Positions 32,560-45,378 of a stretch of 64,000 nucleotides of DNA are shown piece by piece. The notes beneath the pieces are model-generated. The model was not told the DNA's origin and made no database searches. It saw only the letters and a program-made list of their open reading frames with translations. A program made the translations under genes and the position numbers. Source of the stretch: the human T2T-CHM13v2.0 reference genome, Homo sapiens; NCBI RefSeq assembly GCF_009914755.1, contig NC_060930.1; one strand, given 5' to 3'. The first letter of the stretch is position 1. Every line of letters begins with the position of its first letter.

Positions 32560-34400
32560 CTCCTCATCATTCCTCTCATTTCTTTTTCACTCACTGTGAC
32601 ATTACCTCTGTCTTCATTCTTGGTCATTTCAGCATACTCACAGGTGATCCTTTCAACTCCCTGGCTTTTGGTTCCTTGAACTCCTTTCCATCTCAGATAC
32701 TCATTCCCATTGGCATAGTTTAGGTCTTTCCTAGACTATTATAAGTAATGCAATCACTCCCCAGTCTCATTCCCTCATCTAATCACCTACTATGACTATC
32801 ATCTTTGTTTTGCCACCTCACACCCTCTGGTACCCAGATTCCAATAATCCTTTGACCTCACTAGGACTCACAGTCAATGGATCGTACCTGTTGCACATTG
32901 TGTCACACTCCATTGATGCCCTTTCTTCCTTCATTGCTCAGCTTAAATTCCATGGTCAACCATTTTAATCACTTTTACACACATCATCAGCTTCACTTGG
33001 CAAAAATGTATTTCTTGGTAAACCCAACTGTTTTACTAAGTACACTTGGTTAAACAGTTGGTTAAACAAGTTGGTTATTTAACTTGTTAAACAACAACTT
33101 AATTGTTATTTAAGTTTAAATTCATGATCACTAACTTTAATTAGACTGCCTTGGCTCCTGACAGTCTAACTCTCCTAGATGGCTACTTCGTATCTTCTCT
33201 TTTCTCTTGTAACCTCCAAAACACCTTTGCCTAATCCTCATGCGCATCTAATGATACTGCTTTCTATTTCTCAGAGAAAACTGGAGCTATCACAAAAAGC
33301 ATTCTCTCCTCACCACATCTAACCACCTGCCAGCATATACTCTCCCTTCCTATCTGCCTCCACAGTTCCTAGAATGCAGGAACTAGCCATGTTACTGTGC
33401 ACATGATCCCTTCTTCCACTGTGCACCAGATCCCGTTACAGCTCCTCTACTCAAAAACATTGCTAAAGCAATTCTTCCCTCACTCTCGTACATTGTCAAT
33501 TATTTTTCTTTCTATCAAATCTTTCTTAATGTCATACAAACAAAACAATCATTTATTTCATAAAAACAAAGCAAAGCAAAAATGTTCTTGGTCTCACCTT
33601 CCATCTCAGCTACTGGCCCATTATTTTGCTGCCTTTTACAGCAGCTATCTGCAGCATGGTCTATAATTTGAAGCACCATTCCACTCCTCCTATTCTCGCT
33701 TACTGCCATTTAATTTGCCTTTTACAGCCACCTCTCCATGGAAACTGCTTGTCCACTTTATTGATCATCTCCTCCTTGCTAAACCCAAAGAGCAGTTCTC
33801 AGTCCTCATCTATCTTAATCTCTCAGCAGTAAATGACAGAGCAGTCCTTCTTAATATACTTTGTTGACTTGCAGGATTCCACATGCTCTCAGGATTCTTC
33901 CAACCTCACTCTGTTTCCTTTGCAGGTTCCTCCTCTTCTGCCTGATCTCTTCAGGTTAGCATGATCAGGGGTCTCAGGCCTTGGCTTGCTCCTTTCCTTC
34001 TATCTATGCTCACTCTTTTGGTACTCTCAATCAGATTTCAACAACTCCCAAATGGTATCTATAATCTATATTTCCCTCCTGGACTCCAGAATTTTATATC
34101 TGACTGCCTCCTTGTCACTTCTGCTTGCATGTTGAATAGACATCTCAAAACTATCATTTCAAAAATTAAACTCCCAGTTTTCCCCCAACTGTCAAATCTA
34201 CTCAGTCATAGCTTTCCCCATTCCAGCTGAGTGTAACTCCATTCTTCCAGTTGCTCAAGCCAAAAATCTTAGCAACCCAAAACCAATTCTTCAGATTTTT
34301 GGTTCTACCTTCTAATATGTCCTTATCTAACTACTTTTCATCACCTACACTGCCACCACCCTGGGTCAAGCCCTGTTGCCTCCTGCAAATTGAATCTTAC
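32560..34400 (+). mobile_element. Long L2 remnant
   Basis: Pyrimidine-rich L2 motifs (ccagttgctcaagccaaaa, catctcaaa). Confidence 0.7.
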
Positions 34401-34481
34401 AAATGGAATGTGGTACCTTAATTCTCTTCCATGGAAGCAAAGAAAGTAAAACAATATACTAAATAAAGAGTATATGATTAC

Positions 34482-34743
34482 CTTTTTTCCTAGGTTGATT
34501 GGAGGTAGAAATCGATCTCAAGTTTTTGCTTTTTATAATGTCCTCTGAAGTTTTCTTTTCAAGAGTAGAAAACATCTTGAGTGGTGAACTGGGTTTGCCA
34601 TAGCCTGAGCTCCTAACTGACGCATATAATCCACTCTGGGGTTTCCTTTTAAGTAAAGGAGGTGCACTTCTGGCCTTCTTGTATGGTACCTGTTTACCCA
34701 TTACAGCCCCTTCTTCTTCAGAACTAAGTTGAGATCTGTAAGT
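34482..34743 (-). CDS. CEP162: CEP162 exon (~13), 262 nt, TYRSQLSSEEE...NQPRKK
   Basis: Overlaps ORF 34459..34701; gtaCAG acceptor, AAG|GTAAT donor. Confidence 0.94.
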
Positions 34744-35626
34744 CTGTACACAACAAACAAAAGCTCTTTAGTACCTAAATAAACTTTAACTATTGTTGTA
34801 AATGAATATTTAATAGATGGCAAAACAATAGTGATTATCAAATAATGTAGTTTGTAAAAGGCAAACTACCATAGTTAAGTTCTTGAAGTCTAATGCATCA
34901 GAATTTTAGTATTTTGAAGCAGACCTTCAAAGTTAGCATTGAAACAAAGTAAAGCAAAATAATAAAGCAAAATTAGCTTGCCAGAAACCAAGATGTGTAA
35001 TTACTTGAATGAATGCAGCAGAAAGAACATATTTTGAAATGACATAAAATCTTATTTGTTATCTGAACTTCTCAAGATGCTTTAAAAATTTTTATTAATA
35101 CCTTGCCTTATTCCACAAAGAACTGGAGATGACTTAAATACATAATTCAAAATTATAAAATACAAGTAGAATGTCTGAATCATGGGAACTATAAAGCAGA
35201 AGAGATCAAGAATACAGGAAAAATAATCAGTAAAATGTAAATTTCTTCACAGGTGTTAACTGCTTTCCTATAAAACGCCAACTTAAAAAATACAAATGAC
35301 TGGAAAGACTGAACAGTGCATACTACAATGATGAATAAACTTTTTCTTATACTATTTAAATTCTGGACTATATTTTATTCAAAAAAAGGAAAAAATGTAT
35401 AAAGAATGGCTTCTAAAAGCAAGCTAATGTTATGGTGGTATTTTTGAATTTGGGGATTGGCTAGCATTGTAACAAACATCACTCACAAATATCCAAGATC
35501 TACTGTGGAGGTTAGTATATAATCAATCCCACTAGTTTAAAAAGCACACACCTACCAATAGTACTTATATACTTTACATAACTTCGGTTCTCAATCTCTC
35601 AAATCAATTTGATGATAAATACTTAC

Positions 35627-35918
35627 TTTATTAATTTTGTCATCCTGAGATAATGATGAAGAATTAACAGTTATTTTTTTCCTCAAAATATTAAGGTACA
35701 TTTTATCAACATGTTCTTCTGTGGCAGTTACTTCAGTTACTTGTGGACAGCTGTTTTCCATACTCTCATTTGTGGTCTTTTGTAAAATCACATTCTCATC
35801 ATTTTTGTCAAAAAAAAGGTTCACATGTTGTGAGTCTTGAGACAAAATATTTGGGTTCATCTTCAGGGGTAAAGAGCTAAAAAATTCAGTTTCTTTTCTT
35901 TCGGCCACTTTCTCAGAG
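35627..35918 (-). CDS. CEP162: CEP162 exon (~12), 292 nt, SEKVAERKET...QDDKINK
   Basis: Within ORF 35591..36001; tttaTAG acceptor, AAA|GTAAGT donor. Confidence 0.94.
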
Positions 35919-37379
35919 CTATAAAACAAAACAGGACACAGATAATGAACCCTATGTAACAGCTTTTCAAATATCAGTAATAACCACGTGTGTGTGTACA
36001 CGCAGACACACTATATATTTGAATTGTTAACTATTCAAATTAAGTTAATGATGTTAAATACAGTATAATTTTGATTAACAGTACACTCACATAGTGTAAT
36101 TGCTTTTAATTTCGGATAATAATTTTAATGCAGTATAATGCAAAGGATTATAAAGGTGATGCTGAGATCTATTTTAGAGAAAGACCAAACCAAACAAGAC
36201 TGAGACTGCTTTTGTAGAAGAAAAGTAAAATACAAATTTCTAAGTGAACTTTTTGTAATATATCTTTTATCTACAATTTCTTATAAAGTCGACATGCATT
36301 TGAAATAAGAAAAACATTTTAAACATTTCTAGAAGAAACTAAAGAAATAATCATAAATTTGTATTAAGGAGGCATAGAGTATAAATACTAAAAAAGCATA
36401 TATTTAATCACAGTATAGGAAAAATTTTAATGTAAAACAGAAAAATCACTAGGCTTTGAAAAGAAAATCATTTCTGTGGTTTAAAACACTTAAATGTAAC
36501 AATTCAATTAGATATTAAATACCTAGAAGATACAACGTAAGGAAATGTTTTAAATGCGGTTAAATATTGGCAAACTACAGGGTCTCCAAAAATATGGGAA
36601 CTGTTAGTCTTAAAATATTTAATCGTGTGTCAATTAGGCCATTTAATTTTATAATTTATAAAATAAGATTAAAGAATGTTTAAGAGGCTACCATTTTCAT
36701 ATAATGTAGATTGGCTTCTTGGTAACTGCTAGTAGGTGGAATCATCAGAAATATAATAGTTCTTTCCTTCTTCATAGCAGCAGAACCTGGCTAGATGCTA
36801 ATCAAAATTGTTTCTCATTCTTGCTGGGTACCAACTAAACTATATTTCCTTGCCAACTTCCATCTAGATGGGACCATTTACTAGTTTTTCCCTTTAGAAT
36901 GTGAGTGCTATGATGCTAAGAACCCAACTTATTTGTTACTGGCTTAGTTGTCAAGTTTAGGATGGCAGGAAACTGATAACTAGAGTCTGGAGAGACGGCA
37001 GCCTATGTTTTACAGTGGCAAAACATTGCTAAACTGTCATCTACAAAAGTTTATAAGGCAGACCACATGCCAGCCGACCATGGAGAACTAAGAGAAATGA
37101 CTGGAAAGAACAAGGAGTTAAGTGCTGGCTACTATTAGCTTCTTTTAACAAGATATTACCAAAAAACTGATGAGCTCAACACAGAATGAGCTGGTTTGTA
37201 AGCAGAATTTAAAGAGAATAGAAGGAATCTAGAAACTCTGGAAATGGGTTCTCTCTCTGTAGACTCAGTCTGTAAGATTCAGCCTTGAAGAATGCTATGA
37301 AAAAGCAAGATTTCAAGAGACTTCTTGGTTGAAAAGAGTGACCCAGTCCCTTAGCAAAGATCATATTAAGAGTGTCATC

Positions 37380-37413
37380 CAGAGTGAGACTCCGTCTCAA
37401 AAAAAAAAAAAAA
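37380..37413 (+). mobile_element. Micro Alu insertion (last 19 nt + polyA), TSD aagagtgtcatc
   Basis: Perfect 12-bp TSD at 37368-37379 and 37414-37425. Confidence 0.9.
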
Positions 37414-38481
37414 AAGAGTGTCATCTTCACATTTAAGTATTGTTTCCCCAAATATCCAGAGAACTGCAAATAAACGCAGAGAAAAAAATTAGAGGGACAA
37501 GGAATCAAATATTAAAGCAGATTTAAAACCTTTGTCTAGCAAAGAACTTTTTTTTTTTAAACTTTTATTCCAGGTTCAGGGATACGGGTATTGTTCACGG
37601 GGATTTGGTGTTCAGACTATTTCACACCCAGGTAATAAGCATAGTACCCAATAGGTAGTTTTTCGATCTTCACCCTCCTCCCAACCTCTCAAGTAGGCCC
37701 CAGTGTCTGTTGTTCTCATCTCTCTGTCCATATGTACTTGATGTTTAGCTCCCACTGATAAGTGAGAACATACAGTATTTTGTTTTCTGTTCCTGCATTA
37801 GTTTGCTTAGGACAATGGCCTCTAGCTTCATCCATGTTGGTGCAAAGAACGTGACCTCATTCGTTTTTATGGCTGCATGGTATTCCATGGTGTACATGTA
37901 TCACACTTTCTTTATCCAGTCTACCACTGATGGGCATATTTAGGTTGATTCCATGTCTTTGATCTTGTGAACAGTGCTGCAATGAACATATGCATGCATA
38001 TGTCTTTATGGTAGAACAATTTATATTCCTTTTGGTATATATCCAATGATGAGATTGCCGGGTGAATAGTAATTCTGCTTTAAGTTCTTTGAGAAGTCGC
38101 CAAATTGCTTTCCACAATGGCTGAACTAATTTACATTCCCACCAGCAGTGTATAAATGTTCCCTTTTCTCTGCAACCAGCATATTTTTTTTTGTTTTTTA
38201 CTTTTTAATAATAGCTATTCTGACTGGCATGAGATGGCATCTCATTGTGGTTTAATTTGTATTTCTCTAATGATTAGTGATGTTGAGCATTTTTTCAAAT
38301 GCTTGTTGGCTGCACGTCTTCTTTTGAAAAATGTCTGTTCATGTCCTTGCCCACTTTTTTTTTTTGAGATGGAGTCTCGCTCTGTCACCAGGCTGGAGAG
38401 CAGTGGTGTGACCTCGGCTCACTGAAACCTCTGCCTCTTGGGTTCAAGCGATTCTCCTGCCTCAGCCTCCCGAGTAGCTGG

Positions 38482-40109
38482 TGAGAGGTGACAGCATGCT
38501 GGCAGTTCTCAGAGCCCTCGCTTGCTCTCGGCACCTCCCCTGCCTGGGCTCCCACTTTGGTGGTATTTGAGGAGCCCTTCAGCCCCCCACTGCACTGTGG
38601 GAGCCCCTTTCTGGGCTGGCCAAGGCCAGAGCCCACTCCCTCAGCTTGCAGGGAGGTGTGGAGGGAGAGGCACGAGCGGGAACCGGGGCTGCGTGCGGCG
38701 CTTGCGGGCCAGCTGGAGTTCCGGGTGGGCATGGGGTTGGTGGGCCCCGCACTCGGAGCAGCCAGCCAGCCCTGCTGGCCCTGGGCAATGGGGGACTTAG
38801 CACCCGGGCCAGTGGCTGCAGAGGGTGTACTGAGTCCCCCAGCAGTGCTGGCCCACCGGCGCTGCGCTCGATTTCTCGCCGGGCCTTAGCTGCCTTCCCA
38901 CAGGGCAGGGCTCGGGACCTGCAGCCCGCCATGCCTGAGCCTCCCACCCACTCCATGGGCTCCTGTGTGGCCCAAGCCTCCCCGACGAGCACCACCCCCT
39001 GCTCCACGGCGACCAGTCCCATCGACCACCCAAGGGCTGAGGAATGCGAGCACACGGCGCAGGACTGGCAGGCAGCTCCACCTGCAGCCCCGGTGCGGGA
39101 TCCACTAGGTGAAGCCAGCTGGGCTCCTGAGTCTGGTGGGGATGTGGAGAGTCTTTATATCTAGCTCAGGGATTGTAAATACACCAATCAGCACCCTGTG
39201 TTTAGCTCAAGGTTTGTGACTGTACCAATCGACACTCTGTATCTAGCTGCTCTGGTGAGGACGTGGAGAGTCTTTATATCTAGCCCAGGGATTGTAAATA
39301 TACCAATCAGCACCCTGTGTTTAGCTCAAGGTTTGTGACTGCACCAATCAACACTCTGTATCTAGCTGCTCTGGTGAGGACGTGGAGAGTCTTTATATCT
39401 AGCTCAGGGATTGTAAATACACCAGTCAGCACCCTGTGTTTAGCTCAAGGTTTGTGACTGCACCAATCGACACTCTGTATCTAGCTGCTCTGGTGGGGCC
39501 TTGGAGAACCTGTGTGTTGAAACTCTGTATCTAACTAATCTGATGGGGACGTGGAGAACCTTTGTATCTAGCTCAGGGATTGTAAACGCACCAATCAGCG
39601 CCCTGACAAAACAGGCCACTTGGCTCTACCAATCAGCAGGATGTGGGTGGGGCCAGATAAGAGAATAAAAGCAGGCTGCCCGAGCCAGCATTGGCAACCT
39701 GCTCGGGTCCCCTTCCACACTGTGGAAGCTTTGTTCTTTCGCTCTTTGCAATAAGTCTTGCTACTGCTCACTCTTCGGGTCCACGCTGCTTTTATGAGCT
39801 GTAACACTCACTGCAAAGATCTGCAGCTTCACTCCTGAGCCCAGCGAGACCACGAGCCCACCGGGAGGGAACGAACAACTCCAGACGCGCTGCCTTAAGA
39901 GCTGTAACACTCACTGCGAAGGTCTGCAGCTTCACTCCTGAGCCAGCGAGACCACGAACCCACCAGAAGGAAGAAACTCCGAACACATCTGAACATCAGA
40001 AGGGACAGACTCCAGACGCGCCACCTTAAGAGCTGTAACACTCACCGCGAGCGTCCGCGGCTTCATTCTAGAAGTCAGTGAGACCAAGAACCCACCAATT
40101 CCAGACACA
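38482..40109 (+). mobile_element. Solo LTR12 (ERV9; LTR12C-like), 1628 bp, 4-bp TSD CTGG
   Basis: TG...CA termini, GC/CpG-rich 5' part, CCAAT-rich tandem repeats, AATAAAA box, U5 gagctgtaacactcac repeats. Confidence 0.95.
39144..39700 (+). promoter_or_regulatory. LTR12 U3 enhancer/promoter: three 119-bp repeats, multiple CCAAT boxes, TATA-like AATAAAA at 39664-39670
   Basis: Repeat starts at 39144, 39263, 39382; matches known ERV9 LTR organisation. Activity not shown by sequence. Confidence 0.7.
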
Positions 40110-40860
40110 CTGGGACTACAGGCATGCGCCACACGCCCAGCTAATTTTGGTATTTTTAGTAGAGACCAGGTTTCACTATGTTGGCCAGGATGGTCTCGAT
40201 CTCTTGACCTCATGATCCGCCTGCCTCAGCCTCCCAAAGTGCTGGGATTACAGGCGTAAGCCACCGTGCCCAGCCTACTTTTTAATGAGGTTGTTTTTTG
40301 CTTGTAAATTTGCTTAAGTTCCTTATAGATTCTGGGTAGCAAAGAACTCTAAGTTTCATTATTGGCACATGGAATTCACTGGGACCAAAGCGATTATTAA
40401 GTTACGAAACTTTCTGAAAGAATATAATGTAAAAAACCATAACCCTGTTCAAAAGAAAAAAAAAAAAGAAACCCAAAAGTCAGTGACTGGGAACCTTAAA
40501 GCTACCTGTGGGCAGGAAGTGGATTGAGAAGGGAGTGTATCCCCCAAGATGGGCATACCCCTCAACCTAAAATTCACTTCAGTTGTAGCCAATGGTGATA
40601 ACATACAAGACAAATCCTCCAAGGAATGGAATGAGGGGCTATATAGAATAACTGATTTAAGGTAGCCCCTTCTTAATAGAATAATAACCTAATCAAGGAA
40701 AATAAACCCCTATTCCCAAGGTAGGGGGCCTTTACAAGTTCTTTCCAGTGGTTCTCAAAGTTGTAACATTGATTGCTGTGTTTTCCTCATACTTTTCCTT
40801 GCTGAAAGGGTGTATCTACTGGTTCCACCATTATATATTGGGATGGGGGTGAGGAAGTAT

Positions 40861-40900
40861 ATAACCCTGTCTTTTTAATTATAACCCTGTCTTTTTAATT
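40861..40900. repeat. Perfect 20-bp tandem duplication
   Basis: (ataaccctgtctttttaatt)x2. Confidence 0.95.
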
Positions 40901-42029
40901 CAACCATTGGTACACAACGAGAAGCATACTCAAACCTGATGGAGAGGACTGCACTTCACCTGGAAATCCTGGCCTTTCAGATGCATATAGCCCTGAATGG
41001 GACTTGGGGCTGCCTGCTTGGGGAAGGGGATAAGTTGGTCTGTGTATGAAGAAGAGTGAAATTGATATTTTGTTATTAGAAAGGTATATCCTGGCAGAGA
41101 CTGACTAGATACTGACCAAACTCATTTTTCTTTCTTGGCACAGAAACAAACGACATTTCACAGCCTCCTTGGACCTAGTTAGCTAGATGTGCTGGTTCCT
41201 ACCAATGGAATGTGAGCTGAAGTGATATGAAACTTCTGTATTAAGGCAGTTAAAAGAAAGGACGCAAAACCATTCTCTTTCTTTCCTTACTGACTGGTTG
41301 GATGATGTCATAACAATCTTAAAACTATGTGTTGATGACAAGCAGCCTGGGTTCCTAAATGACTGTGTGGAGCAGAGCCCCAATCCAACCCCACTGACCC
41401 ACAAGGGATAGTGATGTGAGCAAGAAATACATTTTTGATGACAAGCTACTAAGATTTCAAGGATTATGTTATAGCAGCTAGGGTCATTTACTCCATAGTT
41501 TACCAAAAAATTTTTAGGTATGTGTACTAAAGATCATATTACTGACATTTCTATTACGTATGATTACTGTTATACCTTCAAAATATCTGTTTTAAGCTTT
41601 TAAACACAAATGTAAAAATCTGTTTTAGAATTCCTATTACTGAAATGGTTTTACCTATAACAACAAAGATATAAGATGTGTAAGAAAATCTCTGTAGTTA
41701 CCGCTAACATACTCCCAAACAGCAATGATGAGTGGTACCATCTCTCCTTTAAAAATACTAATTAGCACTACAGATCAATGGAAGACTACTACACTTAGCA
41801 TTGAAGTGAATGAATTTTAGTGGAAGGTTCACTGCATCATTTTTTTCTCAACTCACACAAATGTAGAAACAAGGCCAGGAGATCACCACATGTGGATTTA
41901 CATCATGAGGATACAGTATAGGAAGGAGGCTGAAAACATGTCTGTTGAAGACACAAATGAACAAATGACAACATGAATGGATGACAGACTATTTCACAGA
42001 AGTATTTTATGGAGATCAAAGACCTGACA

Positions 42030-42250
42030 ATGTAAGTGGTTAAGCACATGGATGGCCTGTGTTCCTGGTCTACAACTATATGACCTTGGGCAATGGCTTT
42101 ATTTATTTTAATCTCTTAGGCTTCAATCTTCTTGTCTATGAAATAGGGATAATAATGGAGTATAACCCATGGAGATGCTGTAAGGTTAAATTAAATAATA
42201 TACGTATAGTATGTGCCCAAAGTAAATGTGAAAAATGTTAGCTGTTATCA
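42030..42250 (+). mobile_element. MIR
   Basis: tgaccttgggcaa...tctatgaaatagggataataa core. Confidence 0.7.
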
Positions 42251-42903
42251 TCTACCAGTAAATTGAGTTAATCTCAGGTGCATTTCTTGAATTATGGGCA
42301 TAAAGATGCATTCTCTACTTGTTATGAGGATCACGTGGGAGACTGGACATGACATTTCAGTGCTACATAAAAGCAACGCTGTCTATTACAAGGTTACTGT
42401 GACATGTTACTCCGTGTTGAAGAATGACAGTGGGTCACACATACTTCCACTAAACTGTATTGGACCTGAAGCATTTTAATGAGGACCATTTCTCTTGTGG
42501 CTACAAACTCACCCTGTGAGATGACAGCCAGTCTGTGACTAAGTCAAAACTAACTGGTTTATAAAGAAGGAAATCTATGACTCATAAACATAATAAAATT
42601 CACTTTCTCCCTCATCATGAATGAACTGTTCCGGCACTATTTAAAGCTGAGGAGACTGTATTTTTCAGTGAAAACCTTTAGGACTATTTAGTGGCCCCAG
42701 TTTTTTTATAGCATCTATTTATTTTTTCATTTAGCCCTAGAATTTTGATGACTTGAGTAAGGACAAATATAAAAAGAAGAGAGTTATGACTCACAGGTAG
42801 AGTCAAGCTAGTATTAGTCATTAATCATTCACTAGGAATGATTACATAGAACAAATGACTATAAAAGTTTCCAATGACAAAACAATAAATAAAAAATTCA
42901 TAC

Positions 42904-42985
42904 CTGACAGGTTGTAAATCAAAACCACTGATCCCAAAGGAATCTATTCTGATAGGTTTCATCAGCTCCTCTACTGTGGGCAGAT
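42904..42985 (-). CDS. CEP162: CEP162 exon (~11), 82 nt, LPTVEELMKPIRIDSFGISGFDLQPV
   Basis: ctctTAG acceptor, CAG|GTATG donor. Confidence 0.93.
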
Positions 42986-43367
42986 CTAAGAGGTGGAAAA
43001 AAAAGTAGAAACGAAAAATGTTATGTAGGTTGCTTAATTTACATGTGTAATAACACCAAAATTATATTTTCTCTGACACAGTTAATAAAACGGTACATGC
43101 AATAAACCTAGTTTTCCGTCTTAAGTTTCCTTATACCAGGAAAACTTCCTTTCTTATGAAATATCAAATAAATATCTCAAATATCAATATCAAATATATT
43201 TATCAAAAAATATCTATACATACACACACGCTAAGTACATATTTGGTTGATCCTGAAATACTGTTGTCTAACAAAATACAACTTTAATATACGTACATAC
43301 AAAAGAGTAAAAAATATCCCTTTAAATGACTTCTTAATTTGATCAAGGCATATTAGAAAAGAAACTG

Positions 43368-44046
<679 letters not shown>

Positions 44047-44178
44047 GAAAAAATTTCTTTAATTAAGCTCAGAGACTGAGAAACAATCACTACAGCAAAT
44101 TGTATTTTAATTATATTACACTAAAAACTCTTTAGAAAGGATATCAAATAATTGAAAAATTCATCTGTAAGTTTTTAC

Positions 44179-44370
44179 CAGATTCCATAGTAGAGATGTT
44201 TTTTGAATTCTCTTCATTTTCTTGAGGATGACCTTTCACTGAGCTCTTGATATCTTCCACTGTGTTACTCTCAATTTTTTGTTTGTCTTCATCTCCCAAT
44301 GAATGGGCTATATGACAATAAGCTTGATGTAGGGCTTCAACGTCACTACTGCTTTGTCCATAAGAAACAC
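44179..44370 (-). CDS. CEP162: CEP162 exon (~10), 192 nt, VSYGQSSSD...ISTMES
   Basis: Within ORF 44144..44392; caaCAG acceptor, CTG|GTAAA donor. Confidence 0.94.
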
Positions 44371-44910
44371 CTGTTGAAATAAACGTAATCACCAGAAATA
44401 ATTACATCACAAATACATGAGAACGATAAAACACTAATATCATTCCTTAACCTGTTAGGAATATAAAAGTAGAGTTAAGTACTAACTAGGTAATTTGCAG
44501 CTATGGCCTACCAGCATGGATTCATAGCAGGCTCAACAACTCTTTTAGCAAACTGAGGCGTGTCCTGATGTGGTAAGCATAAAATCTGCTTTCACTCGTC
44601 ATTGTTCTTTCTCCTACTATTCTTAATCGACCCCCTCTGCATAACTATTCTTAAGTTTCCCAAACTAAAAAATTCCTTTGACGGATTCTACCTCTCCTTT
44701 ACCATTACCATTCTCTCTGCTTCTCTGTACCACCAAGCATCTTGTCATTTGCACTTTTTCAACCACAATGAATTCACTCCTCCAACTTTGCAATCCAATG
44801 TATTCCAACATCCTGCTAAAGCTGCTATGATCAAAAGCAATTTCCTAATGACCAACTCCATTTGTATTTAGTTCTCTTCAACTATGTGAGACATCTGACA
44901 TTATCTTTTT

Positions 44911-44940
44911 CACTTTATCTTAGCCAAAAGGCAGAGAAGT
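44911..44940 (-). pseudogene. U2 snRNA 5' fragment (nt ~4-33), tailless retropseudogene
   Basis: Minus strand acttctctgccttttggctaagataaagtg is 27/30 identical to recalled U2 GCTTCTCGGCCTTTTGGCTAAGATCAAGTG. Confidence 0.85.
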
Positions 44941-45378
44941 CAAACATTGTTTTTTTTCCTGTAACTGTTTCTTCTGCATGCCTTCTTCTTTTTGTTATTA
45001 CCATAATTTTGAGGGCAATTTTCCAACTCTTGCGGTCTATAGTTCATTTCAGGGCTCCATCTTCAGCCCTCTTCTTTTGAATGCCTCTCACTTACTAGTT
45101 TTTTGGCCTGGCTAACTTCATGAAGACTTTTAGCTTCAACTATTACCCATATGCTTATGACTCCCAAATCTATGTCTTGTGTCCTTATAACTCTTTTCTG
45201 AATATCAACTTAACAGACATCTAGATTGCTCTATATCACATCTACATATTCCCCAACTGAATTCATTATATTCCCTACTAAAACTTGTTCTACTACCAGT
45301 ATTTCCTAATCACATCACTACTCAGTCAAAATAGAAACCTTGATGTCATCATTCACTCTTCCTTCCCTATTAGCCTTC

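Larger units (their letters stand above)
38355..40275 (-). mobile_element. AluS(c-like), split by LTR12 (38355-38481 and 40110-40275)
   Basis: ...gagtagctgg | ctgggactacaggc... rejoin into a contiguous Alu. Confidence 0.93.
37549..40336 (-). mobile_element. 5'-truncated older L1PA 3' end (37549-38354 and 40276-40336), TSD tagcaaagaact
   Basis: TSD at 37537-37548 and 40337-40348; L1 resumes after the nested Alu. Confidence 0.9.
36775..41490 (+). mobile_element. Old MaLR (MLT1-like) provirus relic: partial LTR ~36775-36910, internal sequence, LTR ~41090-41490; interrupted by younger insertions
   Basis: Two diverged similar LTR starts (gcaga..ctg.ctagat.ct.a.caaa ... gaatgtgag) with MLT-int-like sequence between. 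Confidence 0.6.

Noticed and set aside
33040-33100. Short ttggttaaac repeats (similar micro-repeats at 10918-10950, 47402-47450, 52704-52725)
   Set aside because: Small slippage duplications in AT-rich sequence; no higher-order pattern.
39144-40080. Regularly spaced repeats resembling a CRISPR array
   Set aside because: No unique spacers and no cas genes; these are ERV9 U3/U5 tandem repeats in eukaryotic DNA.
38385-40213. Many overlapping 60-170 aa ORFs and a CpG-island-like stretch
   Set aside because: Explained by the GC-rich LTR12 (few stop codons); not a gene CpG island or a coding region.
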